Shown here: positions 30,142 to 38,270 of the stretch, piece after piece
Position numbering within the stretch: position 1 is the first letter of the stretch
How the letters are laid out: every line of letters begins with the position of its first letter
Origin: Nitrospirota bacterium
GTDB taxonomy: Bacteria > Nitrospirota > UBA9217
Direction: 5' to 3'
Length of the DNA: 64,000 nt
Assembly (NCBI GenBank): GCA_963751455.1
Contig: CAVVUN010000015.1
Span: 128,001 to 192,000, forward strand
Notes under the pieces: generated by a model
Seen by the model: the letters and a program-made list of their open reading frames with translations, nothing else
Told to the model about the DNA's origin: nothing
The model's database searches: none
Translations under genes and position numbers: made by a program

Positions 30142-30898
30142 AATTACAAGTGAAAATCTTTCAAAACAGAAAGAATATATTGACCGCGAAGACGCGAGGG
30201 ACGCCAGGAAACCGTAAAGCGTTTTTTCAGGTTTAAACTCCAGCGTCCAGTTTCGCCTTCCTCGCGACCTCTGTCTTGTGCCCAGCGTTTACGAGTGCCA
30301 AGCGCGAGTGCAGGGTACGCCTTGGCGGTTCAAAGGTTTTGTATCCGGCTTGTCCGGGTTAGGAACGAGGGAGGTACCGGAAATGAAGAAGAATGTTGCG
30401 ACCAGGTTAATTACAAGTGAAAATCTTCTCAAAACGGAAAGAATATATTGACCGCGAAGACGCGAGGGACGCCAGGAAACCGTAAAGCGTTTTTTCAGGT
30501 TTAAACTCCAGCGTCCAGTTTCGCCTTCCTCGCGACCTTTGCGCCTTGGCGGTTCAAAGGTTTTGTATCCGGCTTGTCCGGGTTAGGAACGAGGGAGGTA
30601 CGGGAAATGAAGAAGAATGTTGCGACCAGGTTAATTACAAGTGAAAATCTTCTCAAAACGGAAAGAATATATTCACCGCGAAGACGCGAGGGACGCCAGG
30701 AAACCGTAAAGCGTTTTCAGGTTTAAACTCCAGCGTCCAGTTTCGCCTTCCTCGCGACCTTTGTCTTGTGCCCAGCGTTTACGAGTGCCAAGCGCGAGTG
30801 CAGGGTACGCCTTGGCGGTTCAAGGGTTTTGTATCCGGCTTGTCCGGGTTAGGAACGAGGGACGTACCGGAAATGAAGAAGAATGTTGCGACCAGGTT
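30142..30898. repeat. Tandem array of three long units (267, 224, 266 bp)
   Basis: Units start aattacaagtgaaaatc at 30142, 30409, 30633 and are near-identical; unit 2 lacks a 44-bp segment. Confidence 0.95.
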
Positions 30899-30980
30899 AA
30901 GTGTTTAACCAGAGGCAGCCCACCGGGGAACGACAAGGGCGTTATTGACAAGGATCGGAGAGATAAAGTAGAATCAGCCG

Positions 30981-33383
30981 ATGTCAAACCAGATACTATT
31001 TTTTCTTTTAAACGGCGCCGGGACTTTGATCCTTGAGACAGCCTGGCTCAAGAAGCATATCTCGATATTCGGATCCAGCCCTGAATCCTACGGCAGCGTC
31101 CTGTTCGCTTATTTCCTGGGGGTAAGCGCAGGGAGCTGGTACTACAGGCGAAACGAAGTTTCCCTAAAATACTTATATCCTGGTTTTTTGCTTGCCCTTC
31201 TCTTCTCGCTCTTCCTTCCGGTCTTCCTGCTCGACGGTTTGCGCTTCCCCTCGGAATTCGTTTATGGTCAGCCCTTTCTTTACAAATCCCTGGTCTGGGC
31301 ACTTGCAATAATTTCCATTTTTCCTGCCTGTTTTTTTCTGGGGGGCTTTTTCCCGCTTGTCGCTCAGACCGTGAACCGGAAGAACTTCGTCTTCCTGTAT
31401 GGAATTCAGACGCTCGGCACGGTGCTCGGGATATATTTCGGCTCATTTTTTCTTCCGTACGCGGTCGGCTATCTGGCGACTTTTATAATCGGAATCGCGA
31501 TAAATGTGATATCGCTCTTCTTCTTGCACCTCGCTTTTCGTGACAGAGAGGCGCAGTCCGGCGCCCAGGCGGACATAAAAAATCATTCCTTTCGCTTCGG
31601 CGTATTTTCCTTTTTCTCCGGTTTCCTGTCGCTTGTTCTTCAGGTCCTTTGGATCCGTTTTATCGCCCTTGCGACGGACAACTCGATCTACGCGTTCGGA
31701 TCGGCGTCACTGATCATCCTCCTTCAACTCACGGTCTCGTCGTATCTTACTTCAAAGTTGCCGGAATCCTGGTTCAGGAATTCAGGGGTCTTCACCGGTA
31801 TACTGTTTTTCTCGCTTATCGGCATGATAGCCTCGACTGAAACATATCTCTGGATGACGGATGGTCTTGCGATCAGGGCAGTGAGGGATGCCACAGGGCT
31901 TTTCGGTTCGCTTGCCTTTGCCGCGTCCTTCATCGTAATAGGATATTTTTTTATCTCGTTCATCTTTCCGTTCATCCTGCGAATGGCAAAATCCGGCGAT
32001 GCAACTCGTGATTCAGGGAGCCTCGGTTCGTTAATCGCGATGAACGGCCTCGGATGCGCTATGGGTTCACTACTGACCTCCTTTGTATTTCTGCCGAAAC
32101 TGGGCATTTGGACCTCACTTCTCATCGCCCTGATCGGATACGCAGTGCTTCTGTCATTCTCGGGAAAAACCAGGACCTGCTTTGCCGCCGCAGTTATCGG
32201 AGGCGCGCTCATCTTTATTTTCAGCCCGCTGAGGCATCCTCTCGTCACTCCCGTTGATCCCGTTGACATAGGATCTCGGGGGTCGTTGGTCTCGGCAAAA
32301 GAGGGAAAATACGGGATCGTATCCGTAATTGATTACAGGAACAGACGCACTCTCTGGCTCAACAATACGTATCAGCTCGAAGCCGGGATGAACGATGTGA
32401 GAGGGCCCTACCGGATGGGCCTTCTCCCGACCGTGCTTCATCCTGACGCAAAGACGCTGGCGATGATCGGAATAGGGACCGGTATAAGCTCCAACGGATT
32501 TTTGAATTCTCACCTGAACAGGATCACGCTTGTAGAAATGATCCCGGAAGTTGCGGACGCAGCGGCTAATCATTTTCAATCGTATAACGGAAACGTGCTG
32601 GCAAATCCTCGTGTCGAAACGATCATCGACGACGGCCGGCATTATTTCAGAACCGGTAATCACCCGTTCGATATTATCTGTTCCGACGTTTTTACACCCT
32701 GGAATGAAGGCACGGCTTACCTGTATACGGTCGATCACTTCAAAAACGTGAAAAAAAGGTTGAACCGGGGCGGCTTATTCTGCCTCTGGCTGCCCATGTT
32801 CCAGATGACCCGGGAGGAATTTCTCATAATAGCGAAGTCGTTCGCGTTCGTTTTCCCGCATACTACTGTCTGGCAATTGAGCTGGGGTCTCGAGGACTCA
32901 GGCGTGGCCCTTATCGGAACGGAAAAGATACAAACAGAAGCGATAAAGGCTTACAAGGAGCGACGCCCTTTTCCGGAAACCACACCCGATTTAATGCAAA
33001 TTCACGAGTCAGGTATCTTTGCCAGCTATATCGGGCCGGTCATCCCGAGCCAGGAGCTGTGGCAGCAGCTGCCGTTGAACACGCTTGATTTTCCGATCAT
33101 AGAATTTAAGGCGGCGCAGAAGGAACGCAAACTTCTCAAGGGAAAAGAGCTTCTCGACCTCTTCAAGCTTTTTTTCGCGCTTCCGGGCAACCCCGGCCAG
33201 GAATATTTCACCTTGTATGACGAACGCATTGAGGAATATCGCCTGGCAGGGTGGCACCTGAATCTTTCTTCTCTTTTTGCCGGAACCGGAGATTTTGAAA
33301 AAGCAGGTCATTTTGCGGCAAAAGCCACGTCCTTGCCCGCCTTCGTGACATATAAACAGGTACTTGCTGCGCGCAAGCAATAG
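30981..33383 (+). CDS. Fused membrane (MFS-like)/spermidine-synthase-like protein
   Basis: Two hydrophobic repeats then IGIGTG.S, VE.IPEV, DDGRHY, FDII.SD, LYT..F, GG.F..W.P. Confidence 0.85.
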   Translation: MSNQILFFLLNGAGTLILETAWLKKHISIFGSSPESYGSVLFAYFLGVSAGSWYYRRNEVSLKYLYPGFLLALLFSLFLPVFLLDGLRFPSEFVYGQPFLYKSLVWALAIISIFPACFFLGGFFPLVAQTVNRKNFVFLYGIQTLGTVLGIYFGSFFLPYAVGYLATFIIGIAINVISLFFLHLAFRDREAQSGAQADIKNHSFRFGVFSFFSGFLSLVLQVLWIRFIALATDNSIYAFGSASLIILLQLTVSSYLTSKLPESWFRNSGVFTGILFFSLIGMIASTETYLWMTDGLAIRAVRDATGLFGSLAFAASFIVIGYFFISFIFPFILRMAKSGDATRDSGSLGSLIAMNGLGCAMGSLLTSFVFLPKLGIWTSLLIALIGYAVLLSFSGKTRTCFAAAVIGGALIFIFSPLRHPLVTPVDPVDIGSRGSLVSAKEGKYGIVSVIDYRNRRTLWLNNTYQLEAGMNDVRGPYRMGLLPTVLHPDAKTLAMIGIGTGISSNGFLNSHLNRITLVEMIPEVADAAANHFQSYNGNVLANPRVETIIDDGRHYFRTGNHPFDIICSDVFTPWNEGTAYLYTVDHFKNVKKRLNRGGLFCLWLPMFQMTREEFLIIAKSFAFVFPHTTVWQLSWGLEDSGVALIGTEKIQTEAIKAYKERRPFPETTPDLMQIHESGIFASYIGPVIPSQELWQQLPLNTLDFPIIEFKAAQKERKLLKGKELLDLFKLFFALPGNPGQEYFTLYDERIEEYRLAGWHLNLSSLFAGTGDFEKAGHFAAKATSLPAFVTYKQVLAARKQ

Positions 33384-33540
33384 CGAGCCAACCGGAAGAT
33401 GCATTCCCCGTTCAAACGTGTCTTGTACCGCGGTATTTAGAATCGGATTAGATACTATTTTAAATTACCTCTCAAAATCGTAGAATCCCCTCATTATGTG
33501 AACTAATTTCCCGGCAGCACAAAGGGGCCCAAAAAAGGGA

Positions 33541-33599
33541 TTGACAAGCACAGAAAAATCAGCTATATCTTACTCAACTGATTAATCTGATTATGCTGA
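33541..33599 (+). promoter_or_regulatory. Promoter and candidate operator of the hgc operon
   Basis: TTGACA-N17-TATATC; cagaaaaatcag is an imperfect inverted repeat of ctgattaatctg; ctga repeated at 9-bp spacing. Confidence 0.55.
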
Positions 33600-33618
33600 A
33601 AAAACGCGAGGTTTTGAA

Positions 33619-33894
33619 ATGATCAATAAAAAAGAAAAGATTCCTGTAAGAGGGCCCTTTGGGAAGAGCGCGGGCTGCTGCGCTGTTGAAGCCCTGGTCA
33701 CGGTCGACGAGCGCGGACAGATGGTGCTGCCCAAGGAACTACGGGCCAAGGCGGGAATCAAGGCAGGGGACAAGCTGGCTGTCACAAGCTGGGAAAAAGA
33801 CGGCAAAATATGCTGTATAGCGCTGATCAAAGCTGAAAATCTGGAGACAATGGTAAAGGGCATACTGGGACCGGTGATGAAGGAAATGCTGTAA
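33619..33894 (+). CDS. HgcAB-associated AbrB/MazE/SpoVT-type protein (HgcC-like)
   Basis: CC...VTVDERGQMVLPKELR..AGI..GDKL AbrB motif with two CC pairs, directly upstream of hgcA. Confidence 0.8.
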   Translation: MINKKEKIPVRGPFGKSAGCCAVEALVTVDERGQMVLPKELRAKAGIKAGDKLAVTSWEKDGKICCIALIKAENLETMVKGILGPVMKEML

Positions 33895-34060
33895 AGAACT
33901 ATTGTAAATTGCAGATTGCATACTGCAAAATGCAAAATGGAATGAATCGTAGCATCGCTCGATAAGGTGATGCATGGTTAAGGGCATGCTGGGACAGGTG
34001 ATTAAGGAGATGCTGTAAAGAACTATTTCAAATTGCAAAGTGCACATGTAAAATGCAAAT
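33850..34060 (+). repeat. Diverged direct duplication of the AbrB-like gene 3' end and trailer
   Basis: 33850-33936 aligns with 33974-34060 (MVKGILGPVMKEML* vs MVKGMLGQVIKEML*). Confidence 0.9.
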
Positions 34061-34100
34061 AAAACGATGTGTATAGATTTTAATCGATCTGGAGATCCTT

Positions 34101-35186
34101 ATGCAATTACAGACGTTGAAATTCGTGAAGAAGGTTCCGCCTCCATGGACCAAGGGCTCGATTTCGACTCCGGCTGGTTCCATTTATAAACTATCATCCG
34201 ACTGGTCTCGGGACGATTATCTGGGTATGATCAAAAGCAGGCTCGGCGGGTTCCGAATGAATTATACTGTAACGCCCGGATTGTATGCGACCGGGGAGCC
34301 GACCACGGATTCGGACGTGTTCGTCACGGCAAACTATAAGCTCACATTTGACATCCTCCGGCGTTCGATCAAGGGCCTGGACGCCTGGGTGCTCGTGCTT
34401 GACACGAAGAGCATCAATGTCTGGTGTGCGGCCGGAAAGGGCACGTTCGGGACGGACGAACTGGTCAGGAGTATCTCGGAAACACGGCTTGAGTCGGTGG
34501 TGAGCCACAAAAAAATAATCCTGCCCCAGCTCGGGGCCGTGGGCGTGAATGCGTCCGAAGTGCGGAAGAGGACCGGCTTCCGCGTCTCCTTCGGTCCGGT
34601 ACGCGCTGAGGATATACCTGCATATGTCCGGTCGGGATATAAAAAGACCGCGGAGATGAGCTTGATCACATTCCCGATGATCGACAGGCTTGTCCTTACC
34701 CCGATGGAGCTCAATCCCGTGATGAAAAAATATCCCTGGTATGCGGGGGCCGTCCTCCTGTTGTTCGGGCTCCAGCCCGGCGGAATTCTGTTCGCGAACG
34801 CCTGGTCCGGCGGATGGCCGTTTCTCGTTATGGGCTTGATTGCTGTCTTCGCCGGCGCATTCGTGACACCTGTCCTGCTGCCTTTTGTCCCTTTCCGGTC
34901 CTTCGCGGTAAAAGGCTGGATCGTGGGAATGCTTTTAACGCTGTTCGCAGTCCAGGGCTTAGGACTCATTGACGCCAGAAGCCTGCCGCTTCTCGGCGCA
35001 GCCTATCTTTTCTTTCCCGCGCTCAGTTCCTATATCGCCCTCCAGTTCACCGGGTCTACTACCTTCACCGGAATGTCCGGAGTCAATAAAGAGCTGAAGA
35101 GCGGCATTCCACTCTATATAGGAACCGCAGCCGTATCACTCGTGCTGCTGGTCTTGTCCAAGCTCCAGGAATGGAGGCTCTTGTGA
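34101..35186 (+). CDS. hgcA: Mercury methylation corrinoid protein HgcA
   Basis: Cap-helix motif NVWCAAGK, PGLY, TANYKL, LPQL, C-terminal TM helices with FTGSTTFT..SGV. Confidence 0.97.
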   Translation: MQLQTLKFVKKVPPPWTKGSISTPAGSIYKLSSDWSRDDYLGMIKSRLGGFRMNYTVTPGLYATGEPTTDSDVFVTANYKLTFDILRRSIKGLDAWVLVLDTKSINVWCAAGKGTFGTDELVRSISETRLESVVSHKKIILPQLGAVGVNASEVRKRTGFRVSFGPVRAEDIPAYVRSGYKKTAEMSLITFPMIDRLVLTPMELNPVMKKYPWYAGAVLLLFGLQPGGILFANAWSGGWPFLVMGLIAVFAGAFVTPVLLPFVPFRSFAVKGWIVGMLLTLFAVQGLGLIDARSLPLLGAAYLFFPALSSYIALQFTGSTTFTGMSGVNKELKSGIPLYIGTAAVSLVLLVLSKLQEWRLL

Positions 35187-35479
35187 AATATCTTGCGAAC
35201 GTTTCAACTCTCAAATATAATTCAGAAAAATGCAAAGGCTGTCGGCGGTGCGTTGAGGTCTGCCCGCACGGGGTGTTCGAGATGAAGGATAAGCTTGCAG
35301 CAGTAACCGACAAGGACCTTTGCATGGAGTGCGGGGCCTGTGCCTTGAACTGCGAGTTCGGCGCGATCACGGTGAATACCGGCGTGGGTTGCGCTGCCGC
35401 CATTATTAACAGCCTGATCAACGGCGGTCCGCCATCCTGCGACTGCAGCGGCACAAGCGGAAGCAACTGCTGCGGGTAG
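35183..35479 (+). CDS. hgcB: Mercury methylation ferredoxin HgcB
   Basis: CxxCxxCxxxCP, CMECGAC, GVGCA and C-terminal CDC...CC; GTGA overlap with hgcA. Confidence 0.97.
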   Translation: MKYLANVSTLKYNSEKCKGCRRCVEVCPHGVFEMKDKLAAVTDKDLCMECGACALNCEFGAITVNTGVGCAAAIINSLINGGPPSCDCSGTSGSNCCG

Positions 35480-35802
35480 GATAGCATCCCAGATACGTTG
35501 GGCGAGGGAAAATGGACGAAAAAGCAGGGAGCATGCGGCCCTCGTTCCAGAGAGTTCAGATTTTATCGGGATTAAACTGCCCGCATGATCATCTTTCAAT
35601 CTTTTCTCGGGGTTAAAAGCATAGGCTTTTCCTTTTAACCGGATCGATGCTTCCCCGTTTAGCCCGCCTTTCCCCGAATAAATAATCTGCCGTGAAAAAA
35701 GTGCTCCTTTCTGTGCCGGTCTTATGGTAAAATCACCTTAAATAAAAGCCCGATATCCTGAAAAAATATCCAAATCCGGAATACGTCACAAAGGAGAATA
35801 TT

Positions 35803-37062
35803 TTGACAACACGCAGGATGTTCCTGATTAGTGCAATGGTTTTCATTATTCTTTGCGGAAGCGCCGATGCTTCATGGTACCCGGAACGCCGTAAATCGCA
35901 ATTTCTGACTGAATACGGCTATGCGCTCTTTCCGTATCCCTACAGTCTTCCGGGAATAGGGCAGGGGCTGGGGCTAGTGGGCGCCGCGATGAACATCAAT
36001 AATACGACAACCGACGCGTACGGTATGCTCTTCGGCGGGGATGTAAGCGGCCTGGCACTGGGTGTCGGAGAGGTGCATGTCATTCCACGGAAGCTGATTC
36101 TTGACATCGGTCTAAGCAGTCTGACGGCCGCAACGATCCAAAGCTACAGCGAGCGCGGAATGACTTCCAGCAAGTTCGACTACACGAACATCGAGCTCGG
36201 CGATATGACCTATTACGGCTCGAGGATGACGGCCACGTTTCATGACCGCCGGTTCGAACTGTATGGCGCCTACTACCAGGGCAGTTCACAGCTGAAAAAT
36301 ATCCGCGACAAGGATGGAAACATTATTGTGCCTGCCGAGGATGCCGAAGTTCAGCGAGGACACGTTTCGATCTTCGGAACGAGAGTCGATCTCACGGATG
36401 ATTATCAGGATCCGCGGCAGGGAGTCCGGCTGGATATCAGCCGGTCATTGACGCCTCCCAGTGATTCGGGACCGGATTTCTATCAGCAGGATTATAATGC
36501 CACGGCCTATGTTCCTTTGGGCAGACGCAGCACCTGGGCTTTCAATTATTATCAGTCCGATGCCCATGTGAACCGAAAGGGACACACGTTGTTTACTGAT
36601 GTCGAAAATGACCTCGGGCTAAATTGCAGCGATCCTGCTCTGACATTAGAAGAACAGAAAGACTGTACTGATTTTGTCAATAATACAAGAGACAACAATT
36701 CCTACGGAACCGCCAGCTCTCTCGGCGGTTTCAACCGGCTTCGCTCCTTTCCGAACGGAAGATTCAAAGGTGCTCACACGATCTTTTACGGGTCCGAAAT
36801 CCGCTGGAACCTCACGGACGAGACAACCCCGTTTGACATCTTTGTCATGAGGGACGTCAGGACTTCATGGCAGGTGGCGGTGTATTATGAAGTGGGAAGC
36901 ACCGCGGACAAGCGCAAGGAAGTCGGCGATATTTGGCGATCGTCCGCGGGCTTCGGCCTGCGCATGGTCACGGCATCGGGCGTTGTTTTCCGGGCAGACG
37001 TCGCATCAGGAAAAGAAGGCGTATCGCCGAGCATTTTTATCGGCTATCCGTGGGAGCTGTAG
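35803..37062 (+). CDS. Omp85/BamA-TamA-like outer-membrane beta-barrel without POTRA domains
   Basis: Signal peptide; LGG..RLRSF..GRF, E.RW, G.GLR, C-terminal IGYPW. Confidence 0.7.
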   Translation: MTTRRMFLISAMVFIILCGSADASWYPERRKSQFLTEYGYALFPYPYSLPGIGQGLGLVGAAMNINNTTTDAYGMLFGGDVSGLALGVGEVHVIPRKLILDIGLSSLTAATIQSYSERGMTSSKFDYTNIELGDMTYYGSRMTATFHDRRFELYGAYYQGSSQLKNIRDKDGNIIVPAEDAEVQRGHVSIFGTRVDLTDDYQDPRQGVRLDISRSLTPPSDSGPDFYQQDYNATAYVPLGRRSTWAFNYYQSDAHVNRKGHTLFTDVENDLGLNCSDPALTLEEQKDCTDFVNNTRDNNSYGTASSLGGFNRLRSFPNGRFKGAHTIFYGSEIRWNLTDETTPFDIFVMRDVRTSWQVAVYYEVGSTADKRKEVGDIWRSSAGFGLRMVTASGVVFRADVASGKEGVSPSIFIGYPWEL

Positions 37063-37145
37063 CTGATCCGCCGAACCCGGCCAAATTGTTCGGCTATACT
37101 TGAAGTAAGGCGGCCCTTTTTAATGCAAAGAAGAGGAGAAATACA

Positions 37146-37463
37146 ATGGCAAAACAAATGTACTTCGCAGACGTTCTCAAAGAAATCTACGACAACAAAA
37201 AGAGCGGTTCGCTTTTTATCAATGTCGTGGAATCAAGCGAGGACCTCATCAGGATCTATTTTAAGAACGGAGAGATTTTTTATCTAACCTATGGGTCCGC
37301 AATCGGCGACGACGCGATGGATATCATCGAATATTATACCCTGAGCAATGCGACCTTTTTCCAGGCGCTGGATGCCCCGGCCGGAACCGTACACTCGAAG
37401 TTCCCGACAAAAAAATTTATCGAAAAAATGAACAAAACATATAAAAGAGTCCGGGTGCCCTGA
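37146..37463 (+). CDS. Small stand-alone DUF4388/PATAN-like protein (paralog of 9416-9733)
   Basis: KKSGSL...VVESSEDLIRIYF..G; GAGGAG RBS. Confidence 0.6.
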   Translation: MAKQMYFADVLKEIYDNKKSGSLFINVVESSEDLIRIYFKNGEIFYLTYGSAIGDDAMDIIEYYTLSNATFFQALDAPAGTVHSKFPTKKFIEKMNKTYKRVRVP

Positions 37464-37650
37464 CTCGCCGATTTCAGGCGCCATGGCGCGCCGTTCCAAG
37501 CAAGCCGGTTCCCTTTCCTCTTTTCAGGCTGCACGTCTGGCCCCGTAAACACGGGACACGAAGGTTGCCGCCAATCACCGTTTCATCTGTATTGAGAACA
37601 CGACTGTTCGGAGCTATAATCATTGCAGAGGCCACCGGAAGGAGGCATGT

Positions 37651-38190
37651 ATGCAAACGGTCAGGAGTTTTACCGCAAAAAACGGGCAGGTAATAACCAT
37701 AAGGCCCGCCCAGCAGAACGACTCATGTGCGATACTTGATACCGTGAGATCGAATGCCATGGAGCGCAGTTATGTCCTGATGGAGCAATACGGCAAGGAC
37801 GTCGAGTCAGAGAAGGAATATATCGGCGAACTGGACAGCAAAAAAAATCTCCTGATAGTGTCCGTCTCCGGAGATGAGGTCGTCGGCTGTCTGGCAGCGC
37901 TCCAGGCGGACGCCGGCAGGCGACCGGAAACCAGTCATATACTCCATGTTGGCCTGCATCTGAAGGAGGCATTTCGCGGCCTCGGTATCGGCCGGTACCT
38001 GCTCGAGTATGGGATAGACTGGGCACGCGAGGCGCAATTTAAAAGACTTGAGGCAAATATTTTTACGACAAACAAACGCTCCCTCAGCATGTTTCAAAAA
38101 TGCGGATTCACTGAAGAGGGTGTCAGGCAGAACAGGATAAGGATCGGCAGGGATTTTATCAGTGAAGTGCTTATGGGTAAGATGCTGTAA
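37651..38190 (+). CDS. GNAT N-acetyltransferase
   Basis: FRGLGIG motif A, N...F.K.GF..EG motif B. Confidence 0.9.
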   Translation: MQTVRSFTAKNGQVITIRPAQQNDSCAILDTVRSNAMERSYVLMEQYGKDVESEKEYIGELDSKKNLLIVSVSGDEVVGCLAALQADAGRRPETSHILHVGLHLKEAFRGLGIGRYLLEYGIDWAREAQFKRLEANIFTTNKRSLSMFQKCGFTEEGVRQNRIRIGRDFISEVLMGKML

Positions 38191-38270
38191 CAACGATTGG
38201 CTTCGATTAACGGTTTGACCAAACACTGCGTCTCCGCGTCAGTTTGAATTTCCGGCTGAGCGTCGGTTCT

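Noticed and set aside
30142-30898. CRISPR array
   Set aside because: Units are 224-267 bp with no unique spacers, and there are no cas genes
34070-35479. Selenocysteine-containing extension of HgcA or HgcB
   Set aside because: An in-frame TAG lies 9 codons upstream of the hgcA ATG with no TGA or Cys in between; hgcB ends CCG-TAG
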